64,000 bases of DNA from an uncultured Desulfobacterales bacterium (GCA_964638145.1 CAZXAK010000007.1:151757-215756), one strand, 5' to 3'; numbered from the stretch's first letter, positions 20,469-28,534 are shown. A program made the numbers and translations. The notes: a model not told the origin generated them from the sequence alone.

Positions 20469-21095
20469 AGCGTTAGCACCTCATCTCAACTTAAGAATTT
20501 TTTTTACGTATATAACCATAATTGGTCTCATAGCAGAAGCTGCGATTGTTTAGCAGGATGGTCCCATCCCGGATTCAACCCATTGGGCACCCAGTGATCA
20601 ATTATTACATTGGCCATGTGGGAAATTATATACCAATGTGCACCTGCCCCCTTTGGTTTTGGCCATTCAGGGCTCTTTTTATATCAGGTTCTGACTTGAG
20701 TTGGACCACCAAGGTTGTTCAGGCTATTGTCCATCCAGCAAATGAGAAATTTTGCTCTATGGCAAGGCGCTACGAGGTGAAAATGCGGGTGTACAAAACA
20801 TACATGAGCATTTTCCACCGGCAGGCAGTGCAGCCATCTGGCAAAAGGGCCATTTATGGATGGACACAGGCTAACTGATTTGACATGCTCGAACTTGCTG
20901 TCTATCAGCTTCTGCCATGTTTATGGTTTTAAAGCTATAAAAACATAAAGGACACGGCTGCACGGTAATTCCGGCCTCCATGTCCTGGCTTAAAGTTATT
21001 TATATGTGAAGGGTTTCTATGTTTACATGTTGACCATTGAACCTGTCTACTACTGTACGGGTCATCAATACCCTCATTACAGGTGAAAAGTCAAG

Positions 21096-21344
21096 TCAGA
21101 TGGCATCTTCTATGTTGACTACGGTACACGTCATGGTGTGCTTGATAGCATCGATTTCCTGGAGTTTGTTCATGACTATATGGGACAGGGAATCGTGGGA
21201 TTCGGTTTGCACCTCGGCTATAATGTCGTAGGGCCCCATTATTATGTCCAGCCTTTTTACCTCAGGCATCTCCTTGAGCTGTCGGGCCACATCCGTAGTC
21301 TTGCCAATTTTGGTATTTATCAGGATGTAAGCGTTTAGTGCCAT
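21096..21344 (-). CDS. Small Lrp/AsnC-type ligand-binding (RAM) domain protein, no HTH
   Basis: 82 aa beginning MALNAYILINTKIGKTTDVARQLKEMPEVKRLDIIMGPYDIIAEV. AGGAGG lies 7 nt upstream of ATG 21344; the ORF track starts 27 nt further up. Confidence 0.7.
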   Translation of the reverse strand: MALNAYILINTKIGKTTDVARQLKEMPEVKRLDIIMGPYDIIAEVQTESHDSLSHIVMNKLQEIDAIKHTMTCTVVNIEDAI

Positions 21345-21644
21345 GTCTGTATTCCTCCTACAGGTTGTCATGGAAGCGCACTGTCTATCGGGTGATTTCC
21401 ATGTCTGTAACTGTGTTCCCGCTGATAAGCGGTAAATGTATCCGCCCTCTATCTGTTGTATCTGTTAACGGCATCAAAGTGGAGGCGGTTGTGTCACAAT
21501 AGCCTTATACACTTTCAGGCTAAATTATATCTCGAATATGTTATAGGGCAATAGGAAAATATCAAGGGGAGCAGTATCTGTTTGTTCTATACCTATTGCG
21601 TTTGCATTTCAGGGGCCCTGTATATGCCCAATAGGTTAGCTGGG

Positions 21645-23273
21645 TCAGATATGCTGGAATTTGTCAACGTCAAAGAGGCCCCTGTCTGTGAGTTTGAGGT
21701 GAGGTATGACCTCTAAGGCCATGAAACTGAGGGATGCGAATGGATCTGCCAGTTTACATCCCAGTCTGAGGGCCTGTTTTCTCATGGAACGAAGTCCTTG
21801 GGCAAGTTCTTTTGGTTTGATGTCCGATACTATGCCGCCAACAGTTAGGGGCAAGGTTGATGTTTCTACCCCGTCAAAGACACTGAGGCCACCGTGGTTG
21901 TCTATTATGGCGTTGACAGCTGCGGAAAGAGAGGTGTCGTCTGTGCCTACTGCGATGATGTTGTGGCAGTCATGGGCAACAGATGAGGCAATAGCACCGC
22001 GTTTTAGGCCAAAACCTTGAATGAGGCAGGCAGAGGTGTTGCCATGGCCATAACGTTCAATCACCACCAATTTCAGGATATCTCTTGTTGTATCACCATC
22101 TGGAGCTGCTGGATCAATATCGATTCGTCCTGTTATAAGGCTTCCGTTTTCCACGCCTATTGCTATGTTTGTATGCGCAGCGGGTATTTGGGGTATGGCA
22201 TCAGGTTTAATTGGTTTGACATTGATCGAATCCTGCAAGAAATTGGGGATTGATGAATCTGTGAAAGCGGGTTTTATGACTTTGCCATGTGATATGACAA
22301 GTGCGGGTTCAAAGTATGTGGTGTCTCTGAACATGACGATTGATGCCTTGTAGCCCGGTTTTATGTGGGTGTAATCATGGAGACCATAGTATTTCAGGCC
22401 AGTATGGGACCCTGCCATGATGGCTACCGGTACAGGTATCCCTGCTTCAACAGCCTTTCGGAGGTGGTAGTTTATGTGCCCCGAGTCTATGATGTCATTG
22501 ATAGATTTGTCATCAGTGCAAAAGCTCACCTTGTCCGGATATTCTAACAGTGTGCGATAGGCGTCTACATCTGTATGCTCTGCACTGCCTTCCCGGATGA
22601 AGACATGCAGGCCAGCATTAATCTTTTCCACAAGTTCACTGTATGTTTCACTTTCGTGGTCGTCGTCAATCCCGGCTTTGATATAGGCGTTCAGGGATTC
22701 TCCCTGAAGCCCTGGGGCATGGCCGTTTACCTTTTTCCCAAGGCCTTTGGCGTACTGAATCATTTTCATGAAATGCTGGTCGCGTGCCAGGATACCTGGT
22801 ACATTCATGAGTTCACCAAGGGCTACAACCCGCTCCTTTTTCAGGAAGTATTGGATATCTTCGAGATTGAGCTTGCCTCCAGAGGTGGCAAAGGGGGTAG
22901 CCGGTACACATGAAGGTACGGCGAACAGTATGTTGCACTGAGATGCCCTGCCGTTTTCAATGAAAAAATCAAGGCCTTCTCTGCCTGCTACATTGGAAAT
23001 TTCATGACAGTCTGCCACCACATGTAGTGTGCCGCAGGTGCTGATGCTGTTGCCAAAGTGAAGAGGGGTCAGAAAGGAACTTTCAATGTGGCAGTGGCAG
23101 TCGATCAGGCCCGGGCTGATGCACATTTCTTCCCCTTCAATGACCTGTTTGGCTCTGAGTGGGGCTGAAGATATTGTCTCTATGTATGCTCCTCTGATTC
23201 CAACAGAGCCTTTGTAAAGTTCAAGGGTCTCAAAATCGGGTATCAATACATTGTTTAAGGCAATATCCATCAT
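21645..23273 (-). CDS. ade: Adenine deaminase (amidohydrolase superfamily)
   Basis: 542 aa with the metal-binding motif GLIDCHCHIESSFLTP, plus HAPG and DDHE. Its ATG overlaps the tsaE stop (ATGA). Confidence 0.85.
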   Translation of the reverse strand: MMDIALNNVLIPDFETLELYKGSVGIRGAYIETISSAPLRAKQVIEGEEMCISPGLIDCHCHIESSFLTPLHFGNSISTCGTLHVVADCHEISNVAGREGLDFFIENGRASQCNILFAVPSCVPATPFATSGGKLNLEDIQYFLKKERVVALGELMNVPGILARDQHFMKMIQYAKGLGKKVNGHAPGLQGESLNAYIKAGIDDDHESETYSELVEKINAGLHVFIREGSAEHTDVDAYRTLLEYPDKVSFCTDDKSINDIIDSGHINYHLRKAVEAGIPVPVAIMAGSHTGLKYYGLHDYTHIKPGYKASIVMFRDTTYFEPALVISHGKVIKPAFTDSSIPNFLQDSINVKPIKPDAIPQIPAAHTNIAIGVENGSLITGRIDIDPAAPDGDTTRDILKLVVIERYGHGNTSACLIQGFGLKRGAIASSVAHDCHNIIAVGTDDTSLSAAVNAIIDNHGGLSVFDGVETSTLPLTVGGIVSDIKPKELAQGLRSMRKQALRLGCKLADPFASLSFMALEVIPHLKLTDRGLFDVDKFQHI

Positions 23274-23749
23274 GTGGAAGACCTCTCTATGGAATCAAGG
23301 CGGCGTCTCCATGCAATTCCTCCGGCTTCAAGCACTGCCTTGCGTTCTGTATCGGAGATGTGGAGGAGTTCTATCTTGAGCCATTCGGTGTCTGGTAACC
23401 CAGGTAGATATTCTGCCCATTCGATAGCGGTTACATAATTTCCAGATAGATACTCTTCAAGGCCAGTTTCTGAAATTTCCGCATCTGGCCCCAATCTGTA
23501 CAGGTCTGCATGGGCAAAGGGAATCCTGGCATCGGGATAATCATGGATGATGGTGAAGGTGGGACTGGTAACAGCGTTGGGATCAATCCCAAGGCCCTCT
23601 GCTATGGCCTTTATCAGGGTTGTCTTGCCTGCGCCCAAATCTCCTTTTAAGAGCAGGGTATCTCCTGGTCTCAACATGGATGACAGAGTATCTCCCAGGC
23701 TGTGAGTGGCTGACAGATCTTTCAAAAATAATATTTTTTGTCCTTTCAT
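23270..23749 (-). CDS. tsaE: tRNA t6A37 biosynthesis ATPase TsaE (YjeE)
   Basis: LLKGDLGAGKTTLIKAIAEGLGI...VTSPTFTIIHDY...HADLYRL. The start is set at ATG 23749, which forms an ATGA overlap with the upstream ABC-2 gene stop. Confidence 0.88.
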   Translation of the reverse strand: MKGQKILFLKDLSATHSLGDTLSSMLRPGDTLLLKGDLGAGKTTLIKAIAEGLGIDPNAVTSPTFTIIHDYPDARIPFAHADLYRLGPDAEISETGLEEYLSGNYVTAIEWAEYLPGLPDTEWLKIELLHISDTERKAVLEAGGIAWRRRLDSIERSST

Positions 23750-24489
23750 TGGACAAGTCTCCGTTTCAGGAGGACGATCCCAAGCCACATGGCCATTGCC
23801 GCCGATATCAGTGTTACCGATACTGCCGTTATCCACTGGGGTTCAATACGTCCGTAGCAGAGCATTCTCGCCAATATAACCGTGTGGGCAAGCGGAAAGA
23901 CTTTTATTGCTGTTCGAATGGCTGGATCCAATGTCTGTAATGAAAAAAAGACCCCGGAAAAAAGAAATAGGGGTGTAATGATCAGAGAGGTGAAATAGTT
24001 GAAGAATTCATAACTTGATGCCAGCGCAGTCATTATAAGGCCCACAGCAGCAAAAAATATCCCCTCTATAAATAGTATAGGCACCAGTAGTCCTGCCCAT
24101 GGTGTGGGCATTACTCCGAATAGAGGCAAGGCCCCCAGCATGATAAGGCCGGCGAGAAGGCCTTTGGTAGCCCCCCATACGATTTCTCCGGCAGCCAGGC
24201 CATAGGGATTAACCGGAGTCATGAGTATGCCCTCAAAGGTGCTCTGTGTAGTAAGCCGGGTATAGGATCCATATGTGGTTTCAAAGGCTGCACTGTACAT
24301 CACTGCTGTTGTTACAAGTCCTGGCGCGATGAATTGCAGATACGGCAGGCCTTCTATTTCAGGGACATGTCTTCCAAGCCCGTATCCCATGGCAAGTAGG
24401 AAAAGGAAGGGCTGTCCCAGGTTGCCGATGAGGCTTGCCCGTGCGTGTTTGAGCCATACTTTAAGATTTCTAAGCCATACTCTGTACAT
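23746..24489 (-). CDS. ABC-2 type transporter permease (NodJ/DrrB-like), no adjacent ATPase gene
   Basis: 247 aa with six predicted TM helices and an ABC-2 style N-terminus (MYRVWLRNLKVWLKHARASLIGNLGQPFLFLLAMGYGLG). It is translationally coupled to tsaE. Confidence 0.75.
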   Translation of the reverse strand: MYRVWLRNLKVWLKHARASLIGNLGQPFLFLLAMGYGLGRHVPEIEGLPYLQFIAPGLVTTAVMYSAAFETTYGSYTRLTTQSTFEGILMTPVNPYGLAAGEIVWGATKGLLAGLIMLGALPLFGVMPTPWAGLLVPILFIEGIFFAAVGLIMTALASSYEFFNYFTSLIITPLFLFSGVFFSLQTLDPAIRTAIKVFPLAHTVILARMLCYGRIEPQWITAVSVTLISAAMAMWLGIVLLKRRLVQ

Positions 24490-24868
24490 GGTTCCAAGTG
24501 TACCATTAAGCGCAAATCCTGCAATTCAAAATTTTCAGCGCTTCAAATCTGTTTTGCCGGTTAACATGCCGTTTTTAAATCAGGTTTTATGGGGGCGTTT
24601 GATATCCGGCCTGAATATATGCGCAAATGGCCTTTTGGGTCACCAGTCATAGCATATATAGTGGTTATATATAGTGGTTATACCTCCTCTTTCCATCTCT
24701 GGGAGTCTTGTTATGAGAGTAAGCTTTTCGGGTGTCCACATCTCCTAATTTGGGCAACAGGCTGATTTTCAGCGATATTTCCGGGCAAGGACAGCGGTCC
24801 TGCAAAGGACAAAGAATGGAATTCGGGGTCTTGAGCAAAAGTGTGTCAATTTTGTTCTTGCCACGCTT

Positions 24869-24891
24869 TTGTTGCAACATTGTTGTTGCAA
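24869..24891. promoter_or_regulatory. Upstream activator site for unit A: TGTTGCAACA palindrome plus adjacent TTGTTGCAA half-site
   Basis: TGTTGCAACA lies at 24870-24879, followed by TTGTTGCAA at 24884-24891 and GTTGCCACAA at 24899-24908. The site is about 155 bp upstream of the sigma-54 promoter. Confidence 0.6.
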
Positions 24892-25025
24892 GGTGAGGTT
24901 GCCACAAATATGTAGGAGTGCTACGCCCCATCTTTCATCTGTCATGTTTTTATAAGTGGCTGTAAAAACAATAAGTTAGGGCGATGCCATGGGGTGGCGC
25001 TGTTGTTGTTACATTTTAAGATGTT

Positions 25026-25041
25026 TGGCATGACTTATGCA
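25026..25041 (+). promoter_or_regulatory. sigma-54 promoter, unit A (TGGCATGACTTATGCA)
   Basis: GG 25027-28 and GC 25039-40 are in the exact 12-nt register, 78 nt upstream of ATG 25119. Confidence 0.75.
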
Positions 25042-25118
25042 TAAAAATATAGACGAATAAGGAAAGAAAAATAAAACAAAAAAATAAAACAACAACTTAG
25101 ATATGAAAGGAGATAGCC

Positions 25119-25328
25119 ATGAACACTACTACAAATATCAGAGATAGGGAACTCGTAAGGGGAAACGTCGATGTTGGAACCGAGGCCTCGAAGACAGCTC
25201 TCGGTGTGGGTCTTGGTCTTGCTGCTCTGGTTGGTCTTTGGGGTGTAGCCTGTTTGGTTGGCGGATTGGCCTCGGCAGGCGTTATCGATACAGTAGCCGG
25301 TTACCTGAGAGCCGTTACCGGTGTGTAA
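25119..25328 (+). CDS. 69-aa small membrane protein, paralogue A (unrecognised family; polar N-terminus plus glycine-zipper TM)
   Basis: MNTTTNIRDRELVRGNVDVGTEASKTALGVGLGLAALVGLWGVACLVGGLASAGVIDTVAGYLRAVTGV. The RBS is GAAAGGAGATAGCC-ATG. It has its own promoter and terminator, and five paralogues of identical length exist. Confidence 0.85.
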   Translation: MNTTTNIRDRELVRGNVDVGTEASKTALGVGLGLAALVGLWGVACLVGGLASAGVIDTVAGYLRAVTGV

Positions 25329-25406
25329 ATAGCCCAGCACATAGGAAGGTGAAGCGACGGTTACAATAAATACCCTCACCCCACAACATTCTCTCCATGC
25401 AGTACA

Positions 25407-25439
25407 AAGGCCGGTTGAAAGACCGGCCTTTTCTTTTTG
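25407..25439 (+). terminator. Rho-independent terminator, unit A
   Basis: AAGGCCGGT-TGAAAG-ACCGGCCTT followed by TTCTTTTT. Confidence 0.8.
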
Positions 25440-25515
25440 TTGCCCAAATATAGTGCCGGGCGCTTGTGAGGAGTGACAGGCAGTTCAAAACTACACATTT
25501 GATGCAAAATTATAG

Positions 25516-25549
25516 AAGCAACATTGGTGTTGCAACATATTTGTTGCGA
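25516..25549. promoter_or_regulatory. Upstream activator site for unit B
   Basis: AAGCAACA, GTGTTGCAACA (25527-25537) and TTGTTGCGA are phased about 11 bp apart, about 145 bp upstream of the promoter. Confidence 0.6.
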
Positions 25550-25669
25550 TATGCTGTCAAGGTTGGGGGACCGGGTGCAAAAGGAAGGGGTCTTTCCCTA
25601 AGTGGTGTAAAAAACAATAAAATCAAGTAGTTGTTTAAGGTAAAATGTTGTCTTTACAGCGTGCCATGT

Positions 25670-25685
25670 TGGCACGACATATGCA
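25670..25685 (+). promoter_or_regulatory. sigma-54 promoter, unit B (TGGCACGACATATGCA)
   Basis: GG 25671-72 and GC 25683-84 are in the 12-nt register. A perfect IHF-consensus-like AATCAAGTAGTTG lies between the activator site and the promoter (about 25620-25632). Confidence 0.8.
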
Positions 25686-25754
25686 TTTATATAAAAGCGA
25701 AATGGCAAACAACATATGATAATTTAATAGAAATATAAGAGAAAGGAGATAGCC

Positions 25755-25964
25755 ATGAACACCAATACAAATATAAAAGAAAGAGAATTGGTAAGGGAAA
25801 ATGTAAACATAGGAACCGAAACCTCCAAGACCGCGCTGGGAATCGGTCTTGCCCTTGCAGCCCTTACAGGTCTGTGGGGCGTTGCCTGCCTCATGGGTGG
25901 CCTTGCAACATCCGGGGTAGCTGGGGTGGTCACCGGTTACGTAAGGGCAGTGGCCGGGGTGTAA
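25755..25964 (+). CDS. 69-aa small membrane protein, paralogue B
   Basis: MNTNTNIKERELVRENVNIGTETSKTALGIGLALAALTGLWGVACLMGGLATSGVAGVVTGYVRAVAGV, with the same RBS block as units A and C. Confidence 0.85.
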   Translation: MNTNTNIKERELVRENVNIGTETSKTALGIGLALAALTGLWGVACLMGGLATSGVAGVVTGYVRAVAGV

Positions 25965-26038
25965 CTTAGAATCTCGCACAGGTAAAATTCCGTTACATAC
26001 TGAGACTGAGACAGCTAACTGTAGGGGCTGCCTCAAGA

Positions 26039-26070
26039 GGGCCGGATCAATTGATATCCGGCCTTTTTTT
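26039..26070 (+). terminator. Rho-independent terminator, unit B
   Basis: GGGCCGGAT-CAATTGAT-ATCCGGCC followed by TTTTTTT. Confidence 0.85.
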
Positions 26071-26255
26071 GTGGTGTAGGATACGATCTGGAAGACCCCG
26101 TGTCTCCCCGTGTCAAGTGATATCTATCCGCGGTTATCCAGTCATGCGCTAAACAGGGAATGGTTCCCGTATCTTGTCTGTTTCATTGCATTTTTTGTTA
26201 CCTGTAAAATATTGCCCTACGTTTTTGTTGCATTTTTGGGGGATGGCTACACTTA

Positions 26256-26265
26256 TGTTGCAACA
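26256..26265. promoter_or_regulatory. Upstream activator site for unit C (TGTTGCAACA)
   Basis: A perfect 10-bp palindrome about 138 bp upstream of the promoter. Extra half-sites are TTGTTGCAT (26225-26233) and TGTTGCGA (about 26356). Confidence 0.55.
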
Positions 26266-26392
26266 TGATCGTTGTTATGGAACCCGAATAGATACAAAGG
26301 CTGTCAACAGTATGGTTTTGAGGGTTTGTGGCGATAAAGTTTAATGAAAACAGTATGTTGCGATAGAGGTTTTTTTGATAAATAAATTTGTT

Positions 26393-26408
26393 TGGCACAT
26401 CATATGCA
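26393..26408 (+). promoter_or_regulatory. sigma-54 promoter, unit C (TGGCACATCATATGCA)
   Basis: GG 26394-95 and GC 26406-07 are in the 12-nt register. Confidence 0.8.
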
Positions 26409-26481
26409 ATATCAATAGGCAAGAAGGGAACGAAAGTGACATAACCACTAATTGACTGATGATAGTCGAAAGGAGATAGCC

Positions 26482-26691
26482 ATGAACACCACTACAAATA
26501 TCAAAGACAGAGAACTGGTTAGGGACAATGTTAATGTTGGTACTGAGGCGACAAAGACTGCTCTTGGAGTAGGAATTGGGATGGCCACCCTGGTAGGTCT
26601 GTGGGCCGTTGCCTGTCTCATTGGCGGAATTGCCTCTGCCGGCCTTATCGGGGCTGTGGCCGGTTACGTAAGAGCAGTGACGGGGATGTAG
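26482..26691 (+). CDS. 69-aa small membrane protein, paralogue C
   Basis: MNTTTNIKDRELVRDNVNVGTEATKTALGVGIGMATLVGLWAVACLIGGIASAGLIGAVAGYVRAVTGM. The start is set at ATG 26482, behind the conserved GAAAGGAGATAGCC block; the ORF track starts 30 nt upstream. Confidence 0.85.
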   Translation: MNTTTNIKDRELVRDNVNVGTEATKTALGVGIGMATLVGLWAVACLIGGIASAGLIGAVAGYVRAVTGM

Positions 26692-26750
26692 GTGTGTTAG
26701 GTAAAAAGGTGGGGAATGATATAGGTCATGCCTCACAATATTCCGGTAAG

Positions 26751-26783
26751 GGCCGATATAACAAAGTTATATCGGCCTTTTTG
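26751..26783 (+). terminator. Rho-independent terminator, unit C
   Basis: GGCCGATATAAC-AAA-GTTATATCGGCC followed by TTTTTG. Confidence 0.85.
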
Positions 26784-26959
26784 TTTAAGGAGTGCGTTGA
26801 GGTTGAGGGCGCGGCAAGGGACATAAGGGTATCATATAGAAGAGAATTTTGCCGGGGCAGGCTGCGAGTGATTAAAAACGGGGTGGTGGAGCAGGCTTGC
26901 ATGACCATTTCCCCTGATGGGCAGTGTGGGCTGGGGGGGGCAATGTGATGCCGGGTATC

Positions 26960-26983
26960 TGTTGCTACACTTTTGTTGCAACA
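26960..26983. promoter_or_regulatory. Upstream activator site for unit D
   Basis: TGTTGCTACA (26960-26969) and a perfect TGTTGCAACA (26974-26983), about 210 bp upstream of the promoter. Confidence 0.55.
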
Positions 26984-27182
26984 CAACTGTAGAAAAGGCA
27001 CGTATAGTGTGGTGGATTGCACTGGTAAGCGCTTAATGAGCAGAACGTGCGTCCGGAAAATATGTTTAAATTCTAACAGGCTGCGTTTCGTTGCTAAGGT
27101 GTGAAATTATTCCCATTTTTCTTTTGTATTTATCAGTGTGATTTCATGGTGTTGTATAGCCTGTCTGTTGTGCGGCGGATTT

Positions 27183-27198
27183 CGGCACAATCGTTGCA
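27183..27198 (+). promoter_or_regulatory. sigma-54 promoter, unit D (CGGCACAATCGTTGCA)
   Basis: GG 27184-85 and GC 27196-97 are in the 12-nt register, with TTGCA at -12. Confidence 0.7.
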
Positions 27199-27253
27199 GT
27201 TACTATATGCAAAACTACGAAGCAAAGGACAATAAATGAAAGGAGAAATAGCT

Positions 27254-27463
27254 ATGAGCGTTAATGTTGATATAAAAAATAGGGATAAGGTCAAAGAGAG
27301 TGTGGATGTTGGTGTTGAGGCATCTAAAACGGCGCTGGGGGTTGGTATAGCTCTTTCGGCACTGGTGGGGCTGTGGGCGGTTGCATGTCTCATCGGTGGA
27401 CTATCCTCATCGGGTGTTTTGGATACCATAAGAGGTTACATTAGTGCCGTAACCGGAATGTGA
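27254..27463 (+). CDS. 69-aa small membrane protein, paralogue D
   Basis: MSVNVDIKNRDKVKESVDVGVEASKTALGVGIALSALVGLWAVACLIGGLSSSGVLDTIRGYISAVTGM. The RBS is GAAAGGAGAAATAGCT-ATG; the ORF track starts 18 nt upstream. Confidence 0.85.
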   Translation: MSVNVDIKNRDKVKESVDVGVEASKTALGVGIALSALVGLWAVACLIGGLSSSGVLDTIRGYISAVTGM

Positions 27464-27513
27464 GCTGTATATTGATCTTTGCAGATTATTAGTGGACCTG
27501 AAGGAGGTAGAAA

Positions 27514-27807
27514 ATGGATAAGGGAACTGGCAAGATGGCAGGGAATATTGCCCTGGGGTTTGGCGCGCTCGTTGGGTTATGGGCTGTTTCTGCATTTGTA
27601 GGTGCAATTTATTCTGCAGGCGGTCAGGTGTCAGAAGTGATACGGGGATATATGGTTGCTACCGGTCTGATCACTCCGCTTCATAATCTGGTCGATTATT
27701 ATACGCACATCAAAGGAGTAGAATATCTCATCTGTGTAGCCTTCTTTGTGGTATTTCCTGTATTCTACAAATCGCTTTCAAGAGAGAAAAAAGCGGCGCG
27801 GGCTTGA
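27514..27807 (+). CDS. 97-aa divergent paralogue E with an extra C-terminal TM segment, co-transcribed with D
   Basis: Its core GNIALGFGALVGLWAVSAFVGAIYSAGGQVSEVIRGYMVATG aligns with the family core (GLW.V....G......G...V.GY..A.G). It continues with YLICVAFFVVFPVFY plus a basic tail. RBS GAAGGAGG. It starts 50 nt after the D stop with no promoter or terminator in between. Confidence 0.75.
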   Translation: MDKGTGKMAGNIALGFGALVGLWAVSAFVGAIYSAGGQVSEVIRGYMVATGLITPLHNLVDYYTHIKGVEYLICVAFFVVFPVFYKSLSREKKAARA

Positions 27808-27845
27808 TTCATAGGTAGCCTTATCACACTTCCCATCTTACCGCC

Positions 27846-27882
27846 AAGGCCGGGGCATCGCCACTCCGGCCTTTCCATTTTT
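27846..27882 (+). terminator. Rho-independent terminator, unit D-E
   Basis: AAGGCCGG-12 nt-CCGGCCTT followed by TCCATTTTT. Confidence 0.7.
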
Positions 27883-27898
27883 CAGAAACCGGTAGAGG

Positions 27899-28055
27899 GT
27901 ATCTGCTTACAGGGTATCACATCTACTATCTCGAAGTCTTACTTGCCTGTTGGGTACTTTTAAGTACAGGGAGTGTGTCTGCGTATCCCCCGCTTTGTAT
28001 CAGTCGCACGCTGTAAGTAGATACATCTCAGACAATTGTCCAATAATACCCGCAA
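27899..28055 (+). repeat. 157-bp interspersed structured repeat, copy A (second copy at 52053-52209)
   Basis: It aligns by eye along its whole length with 52053-52209, sharing blocks TTTGCCTG, TTTTAAGTACAGG, CTTGTATC, CAGATACAT.TCAGACA.TTGT and ATAATACCCG.AAA. An internal long-range inverted repeat pairs GTATCTGCTTACAG (27899-27912) with CTGTAAGTAGATAC (28011-28024). Confidence 0.7.
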
Positions 28056-28524
28056 AAAATCTTCTGAGGAGTTACGGTAGAGGGCATCTGGCAGATTATA
28101 AAAGAAGCGAGGCCCTTTGAGCTAGCTCTTGCCCCATAGTGTCACAATGGTCGTTCAGCCACGCCTTTGCTGCTGCCGCAACCGTAGAGTCAGTACAATA
28201 TCATTTGTGTCATATGGTTATGATTTCAATTTATCAATGAGGCGTCATTCCCGTTTGCCCATTCATTTGGTGTGCTGACGGGAATTGTTTGGTGGCCGAT
28301 GGCAAGCGCTGGTCCCTGCAAGACAGTAGAAGATATGGGCTTTTGACGGTTATGTGTTTGTCTGTTTCCTTGGAACCCCCAAAGTTGGTTTGATGTCCTG
28401 AGTGTGCTTTTCAGTTTAGAAAAGATGATTTTTGCGTGGATATTATTGTGTTTTTGCGGCCAGTTTTTTAAAAAAGCAAATAAAATCAGCAGGTGTATAT
28501 TTTATTTATTCTCATCAACAGTTG

Positions 28525-28534
28525 TGTTGCAACA
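28525..28534. promoter_or_regulatory. Upstream activator site for unit F (TGTTGCAACA)
   Basis: A perfect palindrome flanked by CAACAGTTG and GAATTGTTGAA, about 128 bp upstream of the promoter. Confidence 0.55.

Noticed and set aside
20546-20878. The 110-aa plus-strand ORF in the greA/Lrp gap.
   Set aside because: It has no RBS, its composition is odd (rich in W, C, H, Y and M) and it has no recognisable motif. It is reported only as part of an unexplained gap.
25035-26736. Minus-strand ORFs of 114, 133, 69 and 131 aa lying antisense to the small-protein genes.
   Set aside because: They are shadow ORFs of the conserved plus-strand genes. They are not conserved in length or sequence among the units, and no promoter or RBS is evident.
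26601-26948. The 115-aa plus-strand ORF after paralogue C.
   Set aside because: It overlaps the 3' end of the conserved 69-aa gene out of frame, runs straight through that gene's terminator hairpin and has no RBS.
24869-28534. The recurrent TGTTGCAACA-containing repeats as a CRISPR-like or tandem repeat array.
   Set aside because: The sites are 10-bp palindromes spaced 630-1550 bp apart. Each sits at a fixed distance from a -24/-12 promoter. There is no regular repeat-spacer structure.
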